Shown: positions 8,287-16,534 of the stretch, piece after piece
Position numbering within the stretch: position 1 is the stretch's first letter
Layout of the letters: each line of letters starts with the position of its first letter
From: Gemmata obscuriglobus
Lineage (GTDB): Bacteria; Planctomycetota; Planctomycetia; Gemmatales; Gemmataceae
NCBI RefSeq assembly: GCF_008065095.1
Contig: NZ_CP042911.1
Coordinates: 2,370,001 to 2,402,000 of the forward strand
Reading direction: 5' to 3'
Length of the DNA: 32,000 nt
Position numbers and translations under genes: made by a program
The notes under the pieces: generated by a model
Told to the model about the DNA's origin: nothing
The model's database searches: none
What the model saw: only the letters and a program-made list of their open reading frames with translations

Positions 8287-9165
8287 TCACTGGTCGCGAA
8301 CAAGTTGTGATGTGCGGAGAAGTTTCGCGACCGTTTCAGCCGACTGCCACGAGCCGAAATCGCCTTTTAGCTTCGAACGGCTGGATGCAGTGAGTATCTC
8401 CAGCACGGTGGGTGGGTGGGTTTTGACCCTTACTACCGGTTTACGGTTTTCGGCGGTTGATTGATTGGGCTCCCACGGGCCCGCGGGTTCGGCGGCTTCG
8501 CCCGCTGGGGCGGCAATCGCCGATGCCGGTGTCGCCTGCGCGCCGCCAAACTTGGACGCCGGCGGGATCGGCGGTGGCATCTGCGGAAGGCTGCCCGGCG
8601 CCTGTCGCGGGGCGGGCAGCGCTTCGGATTTCGGACCCGATCCCGTTGGGGCGGGTGGAACGGTTGCGGCATGGGGGGCTGAGGGGGGCGCGCCGTGTGC
8701 GTCTACTGGAATCGCCGGGCCGGGAAGCGGGATGTAGTTCAGCTCTCGCAACCCACTACCCCGGGCCACGGCGGCGCCGTGCCGGAACCCAGCGTACCAA
8801 TCCTCAATGGCTCGGAGGCCCTCGGTGGTGCGGTACTTGGTGAGCCGATAGCGGAACGGGGGCAAGTAGGGCGGTTCGCCCGTCCCGCCGGCCTCAACGT
8901 AATCGACGAAGCCCTCGCGGAACCCGTGGCCGTACGGGTCGCTGTGTCGCCACCCGGACGAGCCGCACACCTGCTCCCAGGCGTCCTTCGCGCGGCGCTC
9001 GACCATGCGGGTGAATTTGCGCTCGTCGTGGTGGGCGATCGGTTTCTCGGTCAGGTTGCGGGCGGCATGGTGGTAAAACCAATCGGGGCCGGACAGACGC
9101 GCGTTGAAACACCCCGACCCGGTAAGCGTTGCGAGCCCGAGCAGTGCGGCACGAACTGGGTTCAT
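8287..9165 (-). CDS. Hypothetical lipoprotein with proline-rich central region, immediately upstream of and co-oriented with the Wza-like gene
   Basis: Internal Met gives MNPVRAALLGLATLTGSGC (signal peptide + lipobox). The 103 aa upstream of it in the ORF-track call (to 9474) are low-complexity and would overlap the divergent protease gene. No family recognised. 45-nt gap to the Wza start. Confidence 0.6.
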   Translation of the reverse strand: MNPVRAALLGLATLTGSGCFNARLSGPDWFYHHAARNLTEKPIAHHDERKFTRMVERRAKDAWEQVCGSSGWRHSDPYGHGFREGFVDYVEAGGTGEPPYLPPFRYRLTKYRTTEGLRAIEDWYAGFRHGAAVARGSGLRELNYIPLPGPAIPVDAHGAPPSAPHAATVPPAPTGSGPKSEALPAPRQAPGSLPQMPPPIPPASKFGGAQATPASAIAAPAGEAAEPAGPWEPNQSTAENRKPVVRVKTHPPTVLEILTASSRSKLKGDFGSWQSAETVAKLLRTSQLVRDQ

Positions 9166-9191
9166 TGGGCCAGACCCGCGAACAAGTGGAA

Positions 9192-9214
9192 CTGCCTGTG
9201 TGACGCACAGGCAG
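9192..9214. promoter_or_regulatory. Perfect 9-bp inverted repeat (ctgcctgtg-tgacg-cacaggcag) in the divergent intergenic region between the lipoprotein and protease genes
   Basis: Read directly from the sequence. The position in a 145-bp divergent promoter region suggests an operator or a 5'-UTR hairpin; function not established. Confidence 0.3.
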
Positions 9215-9310
9215 ACGGTTGCAGAGAATATCGGCTGCCGGGGAACCGGACTTGACGGTAGGATTGATTGTGCCGACTGGGCGGTTTGGTGGCGGTGAGT
9301 AGGGGGCATT

Positions 9311-9979
9311 ATGCGGGTGTGCTTCGCCGTGGTCGTGCTCGCGGGTATAGTGGGTGCGGACCCTGCGAGCGGATTTTCACCCGCGGCCCGCGAACGTGGG
9401 GTGAGCGCGACGGTCAAGGTTACCAGCGCTGCCGACGATAAGATCGGCAGCGGGGTGGTGATCCGGCGCACCAAGACGCAAGCGTTTGTGCTGACGGCGT
9501 GTCACGTCGTCGAGAAGGCGAAGGTGGTGGAGGTGCGGGTTCCTGGAACAAAAGATACACCTGGAAAAACGCTGAAGGCCGAGGTGCTGGAACGCGAGCC
9601 GGCGGCGGATTTGGCGGTTCTGCGGTTGTCCGTTGAGGGCGTTCCCGGGGCCGTGCCCCTCGCACCCGCTGGGGTCAAGCCGAAACTGGTTCTGAGCGTC
9701 GGATGGGAAAAGGGTGACGCCCCGGGGGCACTCGATGAGTCGCTCAAGGGGCGAGTGAGCTTGCGGAAGCCTGGTGCGGCGAACGTGGTGGCGTGCTTCG
9801 AAACGGTTCGCAAACAGGCGGAGGGCCGTTCCGGCGGGCCGCTGCTCGACGAGTCGGGGCGGGTAATTGGGGTCGCGACCGGGCACGACGGAAAAACTGG
9901 CTATTACGTGCATGTGGACGAAGTGCGGGCGTTTCTCAAAGCGAACGCGCTGGGATGGATCGTCGAAGAGGACCGGTGA
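9311..9979 (+). CDS. Secreted trypsin-like (S1/chymotrypsin-fold) serine protease, no PDZ domain
   Basis: Signal peptide MRVCFAVVVLAGIVGA. Catalytic triad context: LTACHVV (His), ADLAVLRL (Asp), GRSGGPLL (Ser). AGGGGG lies 5 nt before the ATG. Confidence 0.8.
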   Translation: MRVCFAVVVLAGIVGADPASGFSPAARERGVSATVKVTSAADDKIGSGVVIRRTKTQAFVLTACHVVEKAKVVEVRVPGTKDTPGKTLKAEVLEREPAADLAVLRLSVEGVPGAVPLAPAGVKPKLVLSVGWEKGDAPGALDESLKGRVSLRKPGAANVVACFETVRKQAEGRSGGPLLDESGRVIGVATGHDGKTGYYVHVDEVRAFLKANALGWIVEEDR

Positions 9980-10076
9980 GCGCGGGCTGGCTGGGGTGTC
10001 CTCGGCTGGCGGCCCGGCGATTGTTTCGTGGGGCGGCCCGGTTTGGCTAGTTCATTTACTTGGAGGGCTTGAACTG

Positions 10077-10376
10077 ATGAATGCAGTGTCGATGCTCAGA
10101 GGGGGGCCGTCGCGACGGGCCTCCTTGGGGGCGGTACTCGTGCTCCTCGTGGCGCCACTCGGCGCCGTGGTCGCACTGAACCCGTGGGCGGGCGCCGCGG
10201 CCGCGCCGGCCGTCGCGCCGGCCGATGCCATCGGTCTGAACGTGATCGAACCGGTCGATAAGGTCGGTACCCCGGTGGCCCCGGTCGCCATGAGTAAGGG
10301 GGATACCGAGCGGGCTGTCGGAGAGTGGAACCCGACCGGCGGCGGTAGGGGGAAAGGTGGCTCGCCCAAGGGGTAA
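10077..10376 (+). CDS. Small secreted protein (99 aa), Tat-like N-terminus, Gly/Lys-rich tail; unknown function
   Basis: High GC3 in this frame. GGAGGG lies 9 nt upstream of ATG 10077. N-terminus is GGPSRRASLGAVLVLLVAPLGAVVAL followed by AGAAAAP. The longer ORF-track version (from 9867) overlaps the protease gene. The start could also be the Met at 10092. Confidence 0.5.
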   Translation: MNAVSMLRGGPSRRASLGAVLVLLVAPLGAVVALNPWAGAAAAPAVAPADAIGLNVIEPVDKVGTPVAPVAMSKGDTERAVGEWNPTGGGRGKGGSPKG

Positions 10377-10385
10377 GTCTATTGG

Positions 10386-10415
10386 CGCCCCGCGCCCTGC
10401 GGGCGCGGGGCGTTT
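10386..10415 (+). terminator. Intrinsic-terminator-like hairpin: 12-bp perfect GC stem, 3-nt loop, then TTT
   Basis: cgccccgcgccc-tgc-gggcgcggggcg followed by ttt, 10 nt after the stop of the small ORF. It lies inside the ORF-track N-terminal extension of the next gene, which argues for the downstream start at 10495. Confidence 0.6.
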
Positions 10416-10494
10416 CGTGAACAGAACCGTTGTCCCGGTTCAAGAGCACGTGTCACTGAGAGCGGCCCGTGCCGCGCTGACATTTCGGAGCGAG

Positions 10495-12951
10495 ATGACT
10501 TCACCGACCGATTCGCCCATAGCCCCCGACCCGCGGACGCGGTTCCTGCGCGCGACCATCGAAGCGGTCGTGCTGAGCGGGTGTGTGTTGTCCCCGTGGG
10601 CGTTCGCGGCCGTTCACCCGGTGTCGGTGTTCGGACTGTTTGTTTTAGTTGCGGTCGCCCTCGCGCTTTGGGCCTTGGTGCTCCTGATCGAGCGCCGGTT
10701 CGTGGGGGTGGTGTGTCCGGTGCTCGTGTGCTTCGCCGGGTTCGTCTCGCTCGGCGCGTGGCAACTCGTGCCACTTGCGCCTGCGGCCCTTTCCGCCCTG
10801 GCGCCGGCAACGGCGGAGGCTCGCGCTTCACTGGTCCCCGCAGAACCTGAATCGCTGACCGGTGAGGTGCCGGTGCCGGAGCCGGCCCGCATCAGTTTCG
10901 ACCCGGGGGCGACCCGGCGAGAGGTCGCGAAGCTGCTCGCCGTAATGGCCCTGTTCGCAGTTGTAAGATACGCCGTAGCCACCCCCGCCAGCTACCGCCG
11001 GTTCGCACTGGTGTGCGTCGCCAATGGGGTTGCACTTTCGGTGCTCGCGCTCGCGCAGCGGTTCAGCTCAAACCCCCACACCATCTACTGGAACTTTGAG
11101 ACGCAAGGGAGTGTGTTCGGCCCGTTCGTGTGTAAAAACCACTTCCCGTACTACGTCACTGTGTGCTTTGGGCTGGGATTGGGGCTGTTGCTCGGGGGGC
11201 ACGCGTTTCGTGAGCGGGCCGCCGGCCTCTCCGGGCGCTTGGCCGCACTCGGACGGGACCCCCGCGCGCCGTGGCTGTTGGCCGCGCTGGGACTCATGCT
11301 GGCAGCGAACCTGTACAGCCTGTCACGGGGTGGGATCGTTGCCCTGGTCGGTGCCGGGGTGGTGTGTGCCGCGCTGGCCGTACTGATCGGCGGACGAGCC
11401 GGCGGGGCGGCCCGAGTTGTCCCGGTAGTCGCGCTGATCTCGGCTCTCGCGGCGGGACTGGTCGGCTGGTTCGGGGCGGACGCGGTGAGCAAGCGGTTCG
11501 GCACCTTGGGCGATGCCGATGCGCTTGACGTCGGCCGCCGTGACCTGTGGGCGCGCACTTTGCCGCTAGCACTGAAGTACCCGATTTGGGGCACGGGACA
11601 GGGGACGTTCGTGTCGGCCGAGCCGCAGCAGCGGCACCCGGGCGACACGCAACTCGTTACCTGGGAGCACGCACACAACGATTACCTTGAGACCCTCGTC
11701 GAGGGCGGTCTCGTTCAGTTCGTGTTGCTGCTGTTCGTGGCAGCGCTGGTGTTCCGAGCCGGCGTGCGTGCGGTTCGCACCGCGGGCACTCGAGCGGACG
11801 CGGCGTTGCGCCTCGGTGGGTTGTTCGGGCTCAGCGCGGTTGCGCTCCACAGCCTCGCGGACTTCGGGCTTCACATGCCCGCGATCGTATTCCTGGTAAC
11901 GGTGCTGGCCGCGCATTTGACCGCCGCGGGTGCGACCGGGGCCGTACACGCGGGCCGGCTCGTCGGGCCGCGTTGGGCCGTTATACCGGTCGTGGCGGGG
12001 TGCCTCATCGTGGCAGTAACGCTGCCGGCCGAAGGATGGCGCCGGGAGCGGGCCGAACATTACCGGCTCGCAGCGATCCGAGCGGAAAAGCGGTTGCCGG
12101 CCGGCGAACGTGAGCCGGTGGTCGGGTATCTCACTGCTGCGGTGGCGTTTGCGCCAGATGACGCGGCGCTGTGGCTGCGGCTCGCTGACGTGCAGCACGA
12201 GGAACACCTTGCGCTCCGGGGCCGTGCCCCGGGCGCCGCAAGTGAGTGCCTGCGTTCAGCGCTCCGGAGCTACCTGCGGGCGCGGGCGCTGAACCCGCTT
12301 TTGGAGCGACCGCACGCGCGGCTTGCCGCAGGGCGATCCCACTTAACCAACTCGGCTCCGGCCGCAGTTTATTTGGACCGGGCGGCGCGCCTCCGCCCGT
12401 CCGACCCCGGCCTTTGGTATCTTGCGGGCCTCGCGCACCTTGATGCGAACGCGGATGACGCCGCATGGGAGTGCTGGCGCCGGTCCCTGATCTGTTCGGA
12501 CGCGCAATTAGAAGGGATCGTTGCGGCCGCGGTTTCGCGGCTCGATGGGGCCGGGCTCCTCGACCGAATTCTCCCTCCTGATCCGAAACTGATGGTTGCC
12601 GCGTCGCGCCTTCCCGCGCTGGCCGAGCGGCCGGCGGATCGGGTAGCCATTTTGGAACGGGTCGGGCAACTGCTTGAGGCGGCCAGCGACCCGGACGAGT
12701 TGCACTTGCGAGCCCGGGTCCTGCTCGACGTGGGGCGCCCGGTGGACGCGTTGCGGGCTTACGAGCGGGCCGTGCTGAAAGCCCCCGGTCGGTCCGAGTG
12801 GCGGTTCGAGCTGGCCGAACTGTGCTTCGAGCAGGGCCAAATTGAACCAGCCGCCGAGCACGTTCGGCAGGTCCTCCGGGACCGCCCGGACTGGCCCGCG
12901 GCGCGCGATCTGAATGCCGCCATCGTCCGCGCCCGGGCCGGGTTGCGGTGA
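10495..12951 (+). CDS. O-antigen ligase/polymerase-like (Wzy_C) polytopic membrane protein fused to a C-terminal TPR-repeat domain
   Basis: About 12 TM segments. Wzy_C signature: YPIWGTGQGTF ... WEHAHNDYLETLVEGG. The C-terminal ~270 aa have TPR-like helical repeats (AALWLRLADV, LWYLAGLAHLDANADDAAWECW, ALRAYERAVLKAP). GGAG lies 6 nt before ATG 10495. Confidence 0.8.
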   Translation: MTSPTDSPIAPDPRTRFLRATIEAVVLSGCVLSPWAFAAVHPVSVFGLFVLVAVALALWALVLLIERRFVGVVCPVLVCFAGFVSLGAWQLVPLAPAALSALAPATAEARASLVPAEPESLTGEVPVPEPARISFDPGATRREVAKLLAVMALFAVVRYAVATPASYRRFALVCVANGVALSVLALAQRFSSNPHTIYWNFETQGSVFGPFVCKNHFPYYVTVCFGLGLGLLLGGHAFRERAAGLSGRLAALGRDPRAPWLLAALGLMLAANLYSLSRGGIVALVGAGVVCAALAVLIGGRAGGAARVVPVVALISALAAGLVGWFGADAVSKRFGTLGDADALDVGRRDLWARTLPLALKYPIWGTGQGTFVSAEPQQRHPGDTQLVTWEHAHNDYLETLVEGGLVQFVLLLFVAALVFRAGVRAVRTAGTRADAALRLGGLFGLSAVALHSLADFGLHMPAIVFLVTVLAAHLTAAGATGAVHAGRLVGPRWAVIPVVAGCLIVAVTLPAEGWRRERAEHYRLAAIRAEKRLPAGEREPVVGYLTAAVAFAPDDAALWLRLADVQHEEHLALRGRAPGAASECLRSALRSYLRARALNPLLERPHARLAAGRSHLTNSAPAAVYLDRAARLRPSDPGLWYLAGLAHLDANADDAAWECWRRSLICSDAQLEGIVAAAVSRLDGAGLLDRILPPDPKLMVAASRLPALAERPADRVAILERVGQLLEAASDPDELHLRARVLLDVGRPVDALRAYERAVLKAPGRSEWRFELAELCFEQGQIEPAAEHVRQVLRDRPDWPAARDLNAAIVRARAGLR

Positions 12952-12977
12952 CCGCTCATTGCCGCCGCTTTACTAAT

Positions 12978-13006
12978 TTGATAATGATATGGATGGTTTG
13001 TGTTAT
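12978..13006 (+). promoter_or_regulatory. Candidate sigma-70-like promoter (TTGATA-17 nt-TGTTAT) in the AT-rich spacer upstream of the beta-helix gene
   Basis: Hexamers and the 17-nt spacing were read directly. The match to the E. coli consensus is moderate, and that consensus may not apply in this phylum. Confidence 0.25.
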
Positions 13007-13140
13007 TTGAGTCGTAAGTTTTTTTGTACCCGCGATAATTCGCGCTGAGCCGCTTTAGCGGCACGCGGACCGTTCTGCCACGGGCCAATCCCGCGGTGGT
13101 ATTTGATGACCGCTCCTTCCCCCCTCGGAGGATCTTGCCG

Positions 13141-14583
13141 ATGTTGCGTTCCACCTTAAAGAAGCTCTTGAGCCCGAAGCCGTCTGTCCCGGTTCGCCCA
13201 ACTCCGGCGAGGGTGCTGCGGATGGAGGTGCTAGAAGACCGGAGCGTGCCTGCGACTTTCACGGTCGGCACCAACGGGTTAACCACGATCCAGGCGGCTC
13301 TCAACGCGGCCGCCGCGCGCACTGGGTTCGACACGGTTGTGGTGCCAACCGGCACGTACACTGAGTCCGTGGTAATCAACGACACCTTCGGGGTGACGCT
13401 GAGGGCGAGCGGGAATGCGATCATCAAGGCGCCGGCGACGGTCGCGGCCCCGAGCGATCTGGCCGCCCTCGGTGGCGCGGTGATCGACGTGTATTCGAAG
13501 AACGTGACGATCACCGGGCTGACGGTAAACGCCGCTGGCAGCAACGCGAACGCTGGCATTCGGGTGATCAAAGGTGGCGACGCGACCATTCGGAACAACA
13601 CCGTAACTGGGGTCAACGCTCCGGCTGATCCGGCGTTCGGTGTCGGAATCCAGGTCGGCTCCCGGCGGGTCGGAATTGTTGCTGGTGCGGGGAACGCGGT
13701 TCTGGAAAAGAACAAGATCACCGATTACTTTGCGGCGGGCGTGCTGGTGGACGGGGGCGCTGCGTCGGCGACCGTCACCGAGAACACGATCATCGGCCGC
13801 CGGGGGCTTAACGGCGGGGTGACGCAGTACGGCGTGCAGATGAGTTATGGGGCCTCCGGTAGCATTGAGTACAACCGGATCAGCGGCAACGACACGGGGA
13901 ATCTCGGTCAGTTCGACGTGTCGGCCGGCGTGTTCCTCTATCAGGTTGGTGCGAAAGACGTTCTGGTTGACGCGAACAGGGTGTTTGGTAACGAAGACGG
14001 CATTTTGGTGCAGTCGAGCGCGGGTGGCCCGGGTAGCATCGTGATCTCAAACAATCAAGTGTACTCCAACACTGGATTTGCTGGGATCGATGTCATCGAC
14101 TCGTCCGACGTGTCGATCACGGGCAACGAGGTGTATAGCAACGATACTCTGAACGGAATTGCGCTGGGCGATTCGAGCCAGATTACGGTCGACGAGAATA
14201 ACGTGTTCGACAACGTGCTGGCGGATGGGATTTATGTGTACGGCGGGGGCGGCAACACGATCAGCAGCAACGTCTCACGCAACAACGGTTACAACGGCAT
14301 TTTCCTTGAGGATTCGAGCAGCAACACCGTGGCGAGTAACACGACTCGCGCGAACGATCAGAATGGCGTCAAGGTGCTCCGGGGTAGTAATAATACCCTT
14401 TCGTTCGGCACAAGTAACGCAAACGGGTTCGATGGCATTTTGCTCGAAGACACTGCCAACAACAGCGTGACAAACTACACGCTCAGGAACAACGGCGGCT
14501 ACGGGCTGCACCTGGTGTCTGCGATTGGCACGACTAAGTCGAACAACACATTCAGTGGAAACGATCTAGGCGATACGAACTGA
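13141..14583 (+). CDS. Right-handed parallel beta-helix (PbH1/NosD/pectate-lyase-like) repeat protein; candidate polysaccharide-modifying or -degrading enzyme
   Basis: Many ~22-aa repeats of the form N.I.GN...GI.v..s....i..N (e.g. VTITGLTVNAAG, ATIRNNTVTG, IVISNNQVYSN, VSITGNEVYSN, NTISSNVSRNNGYNGIFLE). GGAGGA lies 8 nt before ATG 13141. The N-terminus lacks a hydrophobic core but contains RMEVLEDRSVPA. Confidence 0.8.
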   Translation: MLRSTLKKLLSPKPSVPVRPTPARVLRMEVLEDRSVPATFTVGTNGLTTIQAALNAAAARTGFDTVVVPTGTYTESVVINDTFGVTLRASGNAIIKAPATVAAPSDLAALGGAVIDVYSKNVTITGLTVNAAGSNANAGIRVIKGGDATIRNNTVTGVNAPADPAFGVGIQVGSRRVGIVAGAGNAVLEKNKITDYFAAGVLVDGGAASATVTENTIIGRRGLNGGVTQYGVQMSYGASGSIEYNRISGNDTGNLGQFDVSAGVFLYQVGAKDVLVDANRVFGNEDGILVQSSAGGPGSIVISNNQVYSNTGFAGIDVIDSSDVSITGNEVYSNDTLNGIALGDSSQITVDENNVFDNVLADGIYVYGGGGNTISSNVSRNNGYNGIFLEDSSSNTVASNTTRANDQNGVKVLRGSNNTLSFGTSNANGFDGILLEDTANNSVTNYTLRNNGGYGLHLVSAIGTTKSNNTFSGNDLGDTN

Positions 14584-14667
14584 TGAATCCTGGGACGGTG
14601 TGGGGCGAAAACCCGTGCCGCATTGAATCAGCTACTGTATCGTTTGGCTTTCGCGGAAGTCGTATCG

Positions 14668-14698
14668 CCGCGCCCGGTCGCCACGGGCGCGGTGTTTT
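14668..14698 (+). terminator. Intrinsic-terminator-like hairpin (9-bp GC stem, 7-nt loop) followed by TGTTTT
   Basis: ccgcgcccg-gtcgcca-cgggcgcgg-tgtttt, about 85 nt after the beta-helix gene stop. Confidence 0.6.
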
Positions 14699-15316
14699 AA
14701 GGGTCTCTTCAAGCTGCGCGGCTCTGGGCCGAAAGTGAAACGGTCGCTAGTGATAAGGCTTCGCATGGGAGCAACGGGACGTGTCTTGCGAAGTTCGTCC
14801 GAATTGTGGGTCGTGTTGGTGTTTCGTCCGTAATCGCTCGCGTTCATGCACCGCCCCGCTCCACCGCACGCGCGTCGAAATACACTTTCAGGCGGACTAC
14901 GAGGAGCCGGGAGAAAAACGGGCGCCGTCGGCAGCGAATCGTTTAGTCTGCCTCTTTTTCCGTTTGCCGCCGTGCAAAGTGTGGCCAAGCACTCGATACC
15001 GGTGGGGGATGGGTGCAAGGGGCGTTTCGAGCGTCGATGCAACACGTTCACGAAAAATGATCGTTGCACTTCATTGCGTTATTGCGGTCTGAAATTGCCT
15101 CCGGGATCCGCAAGCCTTTGTTAACACCCACGGCGAAAAGTTCGTAAATTTTGCCTCAATTATGAAGCCGACTCGGGCGGTGCCGCTAAGATCACGGGCG
15201 GACGTTGCTTCGATCGGGTTGAACGGAATTCATTGAAGACTTGTGTCGGATGTCTGACATAAGGCTCGCGGAGCGCTGCCCTGGACCAGTTTACCCCCGA
15301 GACCGGTCGGCTGCGG

Positions 15317-16483
15317 GTGATTCACCTGGGCAAGTATTACCCGCCATCGCCCGGCGGAATCGAGGGTCACACCCAATCTCTCGCCCGCGCGCAGGCGGCG
15401 CTTGGGGCCGATGTGCGCGTGGTGGTGGTGAACCACCGCGCTCGCGACGGCCACGATGCGACTTTCGAGAAATGGACCCGCACCCCGTGGGCTGAAGACG
15501 CCGACGGCCAGGTGCGGATCACACGGGTCGGGCGACTTGCGAACGTTGCGAAGCTGGATGTGGCCCCGGGGCTGTCTGGTCTGCTCAACGATCTGGCCCG
15601 GAACCCGCCGGACGTGTGGCACCTGCATGCGCCGAACATTACGATGATGCTTGCGGTGCTGCGGTGCCGCTGGCTCGCCCCGCTCGTCATCACTCACCAC
15701 AGCGACATCGTCCGGCAGAAGTTGCTGAAGCACTTCGTCCGGCCGCTTGAAGTGGCGCTGTACCGAAGGGCTGCCCGCATTCTCCCCACCAGCGGGTCGT
15801 ACGTTGACGGCTCCGATCTGCTCCAGCAGTTCGCGAATAAGCTCACGCCGGTTCCGCTCGGCATGGACCTGTCACCGTTTCAGACCCCTTCGGCCGCAGC
15901 GCGTGCGTGTGCGGAGCGGTTCCGGGAGCGGTTCCGGGGGCCGGTGTGGCTCTGTGTCGGCCGTTTGATCTACTACAAGGGTTTGCACGTCGCCCTCGAA
16001 GCGCTCAAAAGAGTGCCCGGCACGCTGGTGGTGATCGGCACTGGCCCGCTCGGGGCCGAACTCAATCGTAAGGCACAGGAGCTGGGGGTTGCGGATCGGG
16101 TGGTCTGGTACGGGCACGCGTCCGCAGACGAACTCGTTGGCGCGTACCTCGCGTCCGCCGCTCTCTGGTTTCCGAGCGTGGCCCGGAGTGAGGGGTTCGG
16201 GTTGGTGCAAGTGGAGGCCATGGCGGCCGGTTGCCCGGTGATCAACACCGCGGTGCCTGCGAGCGGTGTTGCCTGGGTCGCGCGGCACGAACAGGAATCG
16301 CTGACGGTTCCTGTGAGCGACTCGGCCGCCCTGGCGGCGGCGGCGAACCGTCTGTTGACAGAGGCTGGGTTAAAGGACCGACTCGTCGCTGCGGCGCGTA
16401 TGCGGGCCGCGGCTGAGTTCGACTGGCTGGTGATGGGGAGGCGATGTCTGGCCGTTTACGGCGAGGTTGCCGGGCGGGTGTAG
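15317..16483 (+). CDS. Glycosyltransferase family 4 (GT-B fold)
   Basis: N-terminus IHLGKYYPPSPGGIEGH. C-terminal EX7E region: FPSVARSEGFGLVQVEAMAAGCPVINT. GTG start as in the ORF track; exact start uncertain. Confidence 0.85.
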   Translation: MIHLGKYYPPSPGGIEGHTQSLARAQAALGADVRVVVVNHRARDGHDATFEKWTRTPWAEDADGQVRITRVGRLANVAKLDVAPGLSGLLNDLARNPPDVWHLHAPNITMMLAVLRCRWLAPLVITHHSDIVRQKLLKHFVRPLEVALYRRAARILPTSGSYVDGSDLLQQFANKLTPVPLGMDLSPFQTPSAAARACAERFRERFRGPVWLCVGRLIYYKGLHVALEALKRVPGTLVVIGTGPLGAELNRKAQELGVADRVVWYGHASADELVGAYLASAALWFPSVARSEGFGLVQVEAMAAGCPVINTAVPASGVAWVARHEQESLTVPVSDSAALAAAANRLLTEAGLKDRLVAAARMRAAAEFDWLVMGRRCLAVYGEVAGRV

Positions 16484-16534
16484 CCGCTTGCGTCGGGCGG
16501 CGGGGCGGGTTAGATTGAGCCGATTAAGAAACAC

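Noticed and set aside
10357-10494. ORF-track N-terminal extensions: 10357 (ligase-TPR), 21311 (GT), 22815 (flippase), 25911 (GT2), 26792 (GT4), 17967 (methyltransferase), 18756 (Wzy-like), 13096 (beta-helix), 9166-9474 (lipoprotein), 9867 (small ORF).
   Set aside because: The extensions overlap upstream genes, a terminator hairpin (10386-10412) or the dead repeat copy. They lack conserved-looking sequence. Internal starts give canonical family N-termini, SD-like sequences or stop/start overlaps.
14632-15124. Three overlapping ORFs (145 aa on the minus strand; 103 and 92 aa on the + strand) in the long spacer upstream of the GT run.
   Set aside because: Composition is junk-like (Arg/Cys/Ser/Pro-rich) with no motifs. 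The ORFs are mutually overlapping in different frames and show no codon-bias pattern like that of the real genes.
15176-15183. GGCGGTGC upstream of the GT run, resembling the ops/JUMPStart core (GGCGGTAG) used for RfaH antitermination in polysaccharide operons.
   Set aside because: Only a partial match to a short G/C-rich motif that is easy to hit by chance in high-GC DNA. RfaH/ops is characterised in Proteobacteria, and nothing here indicates it applies.
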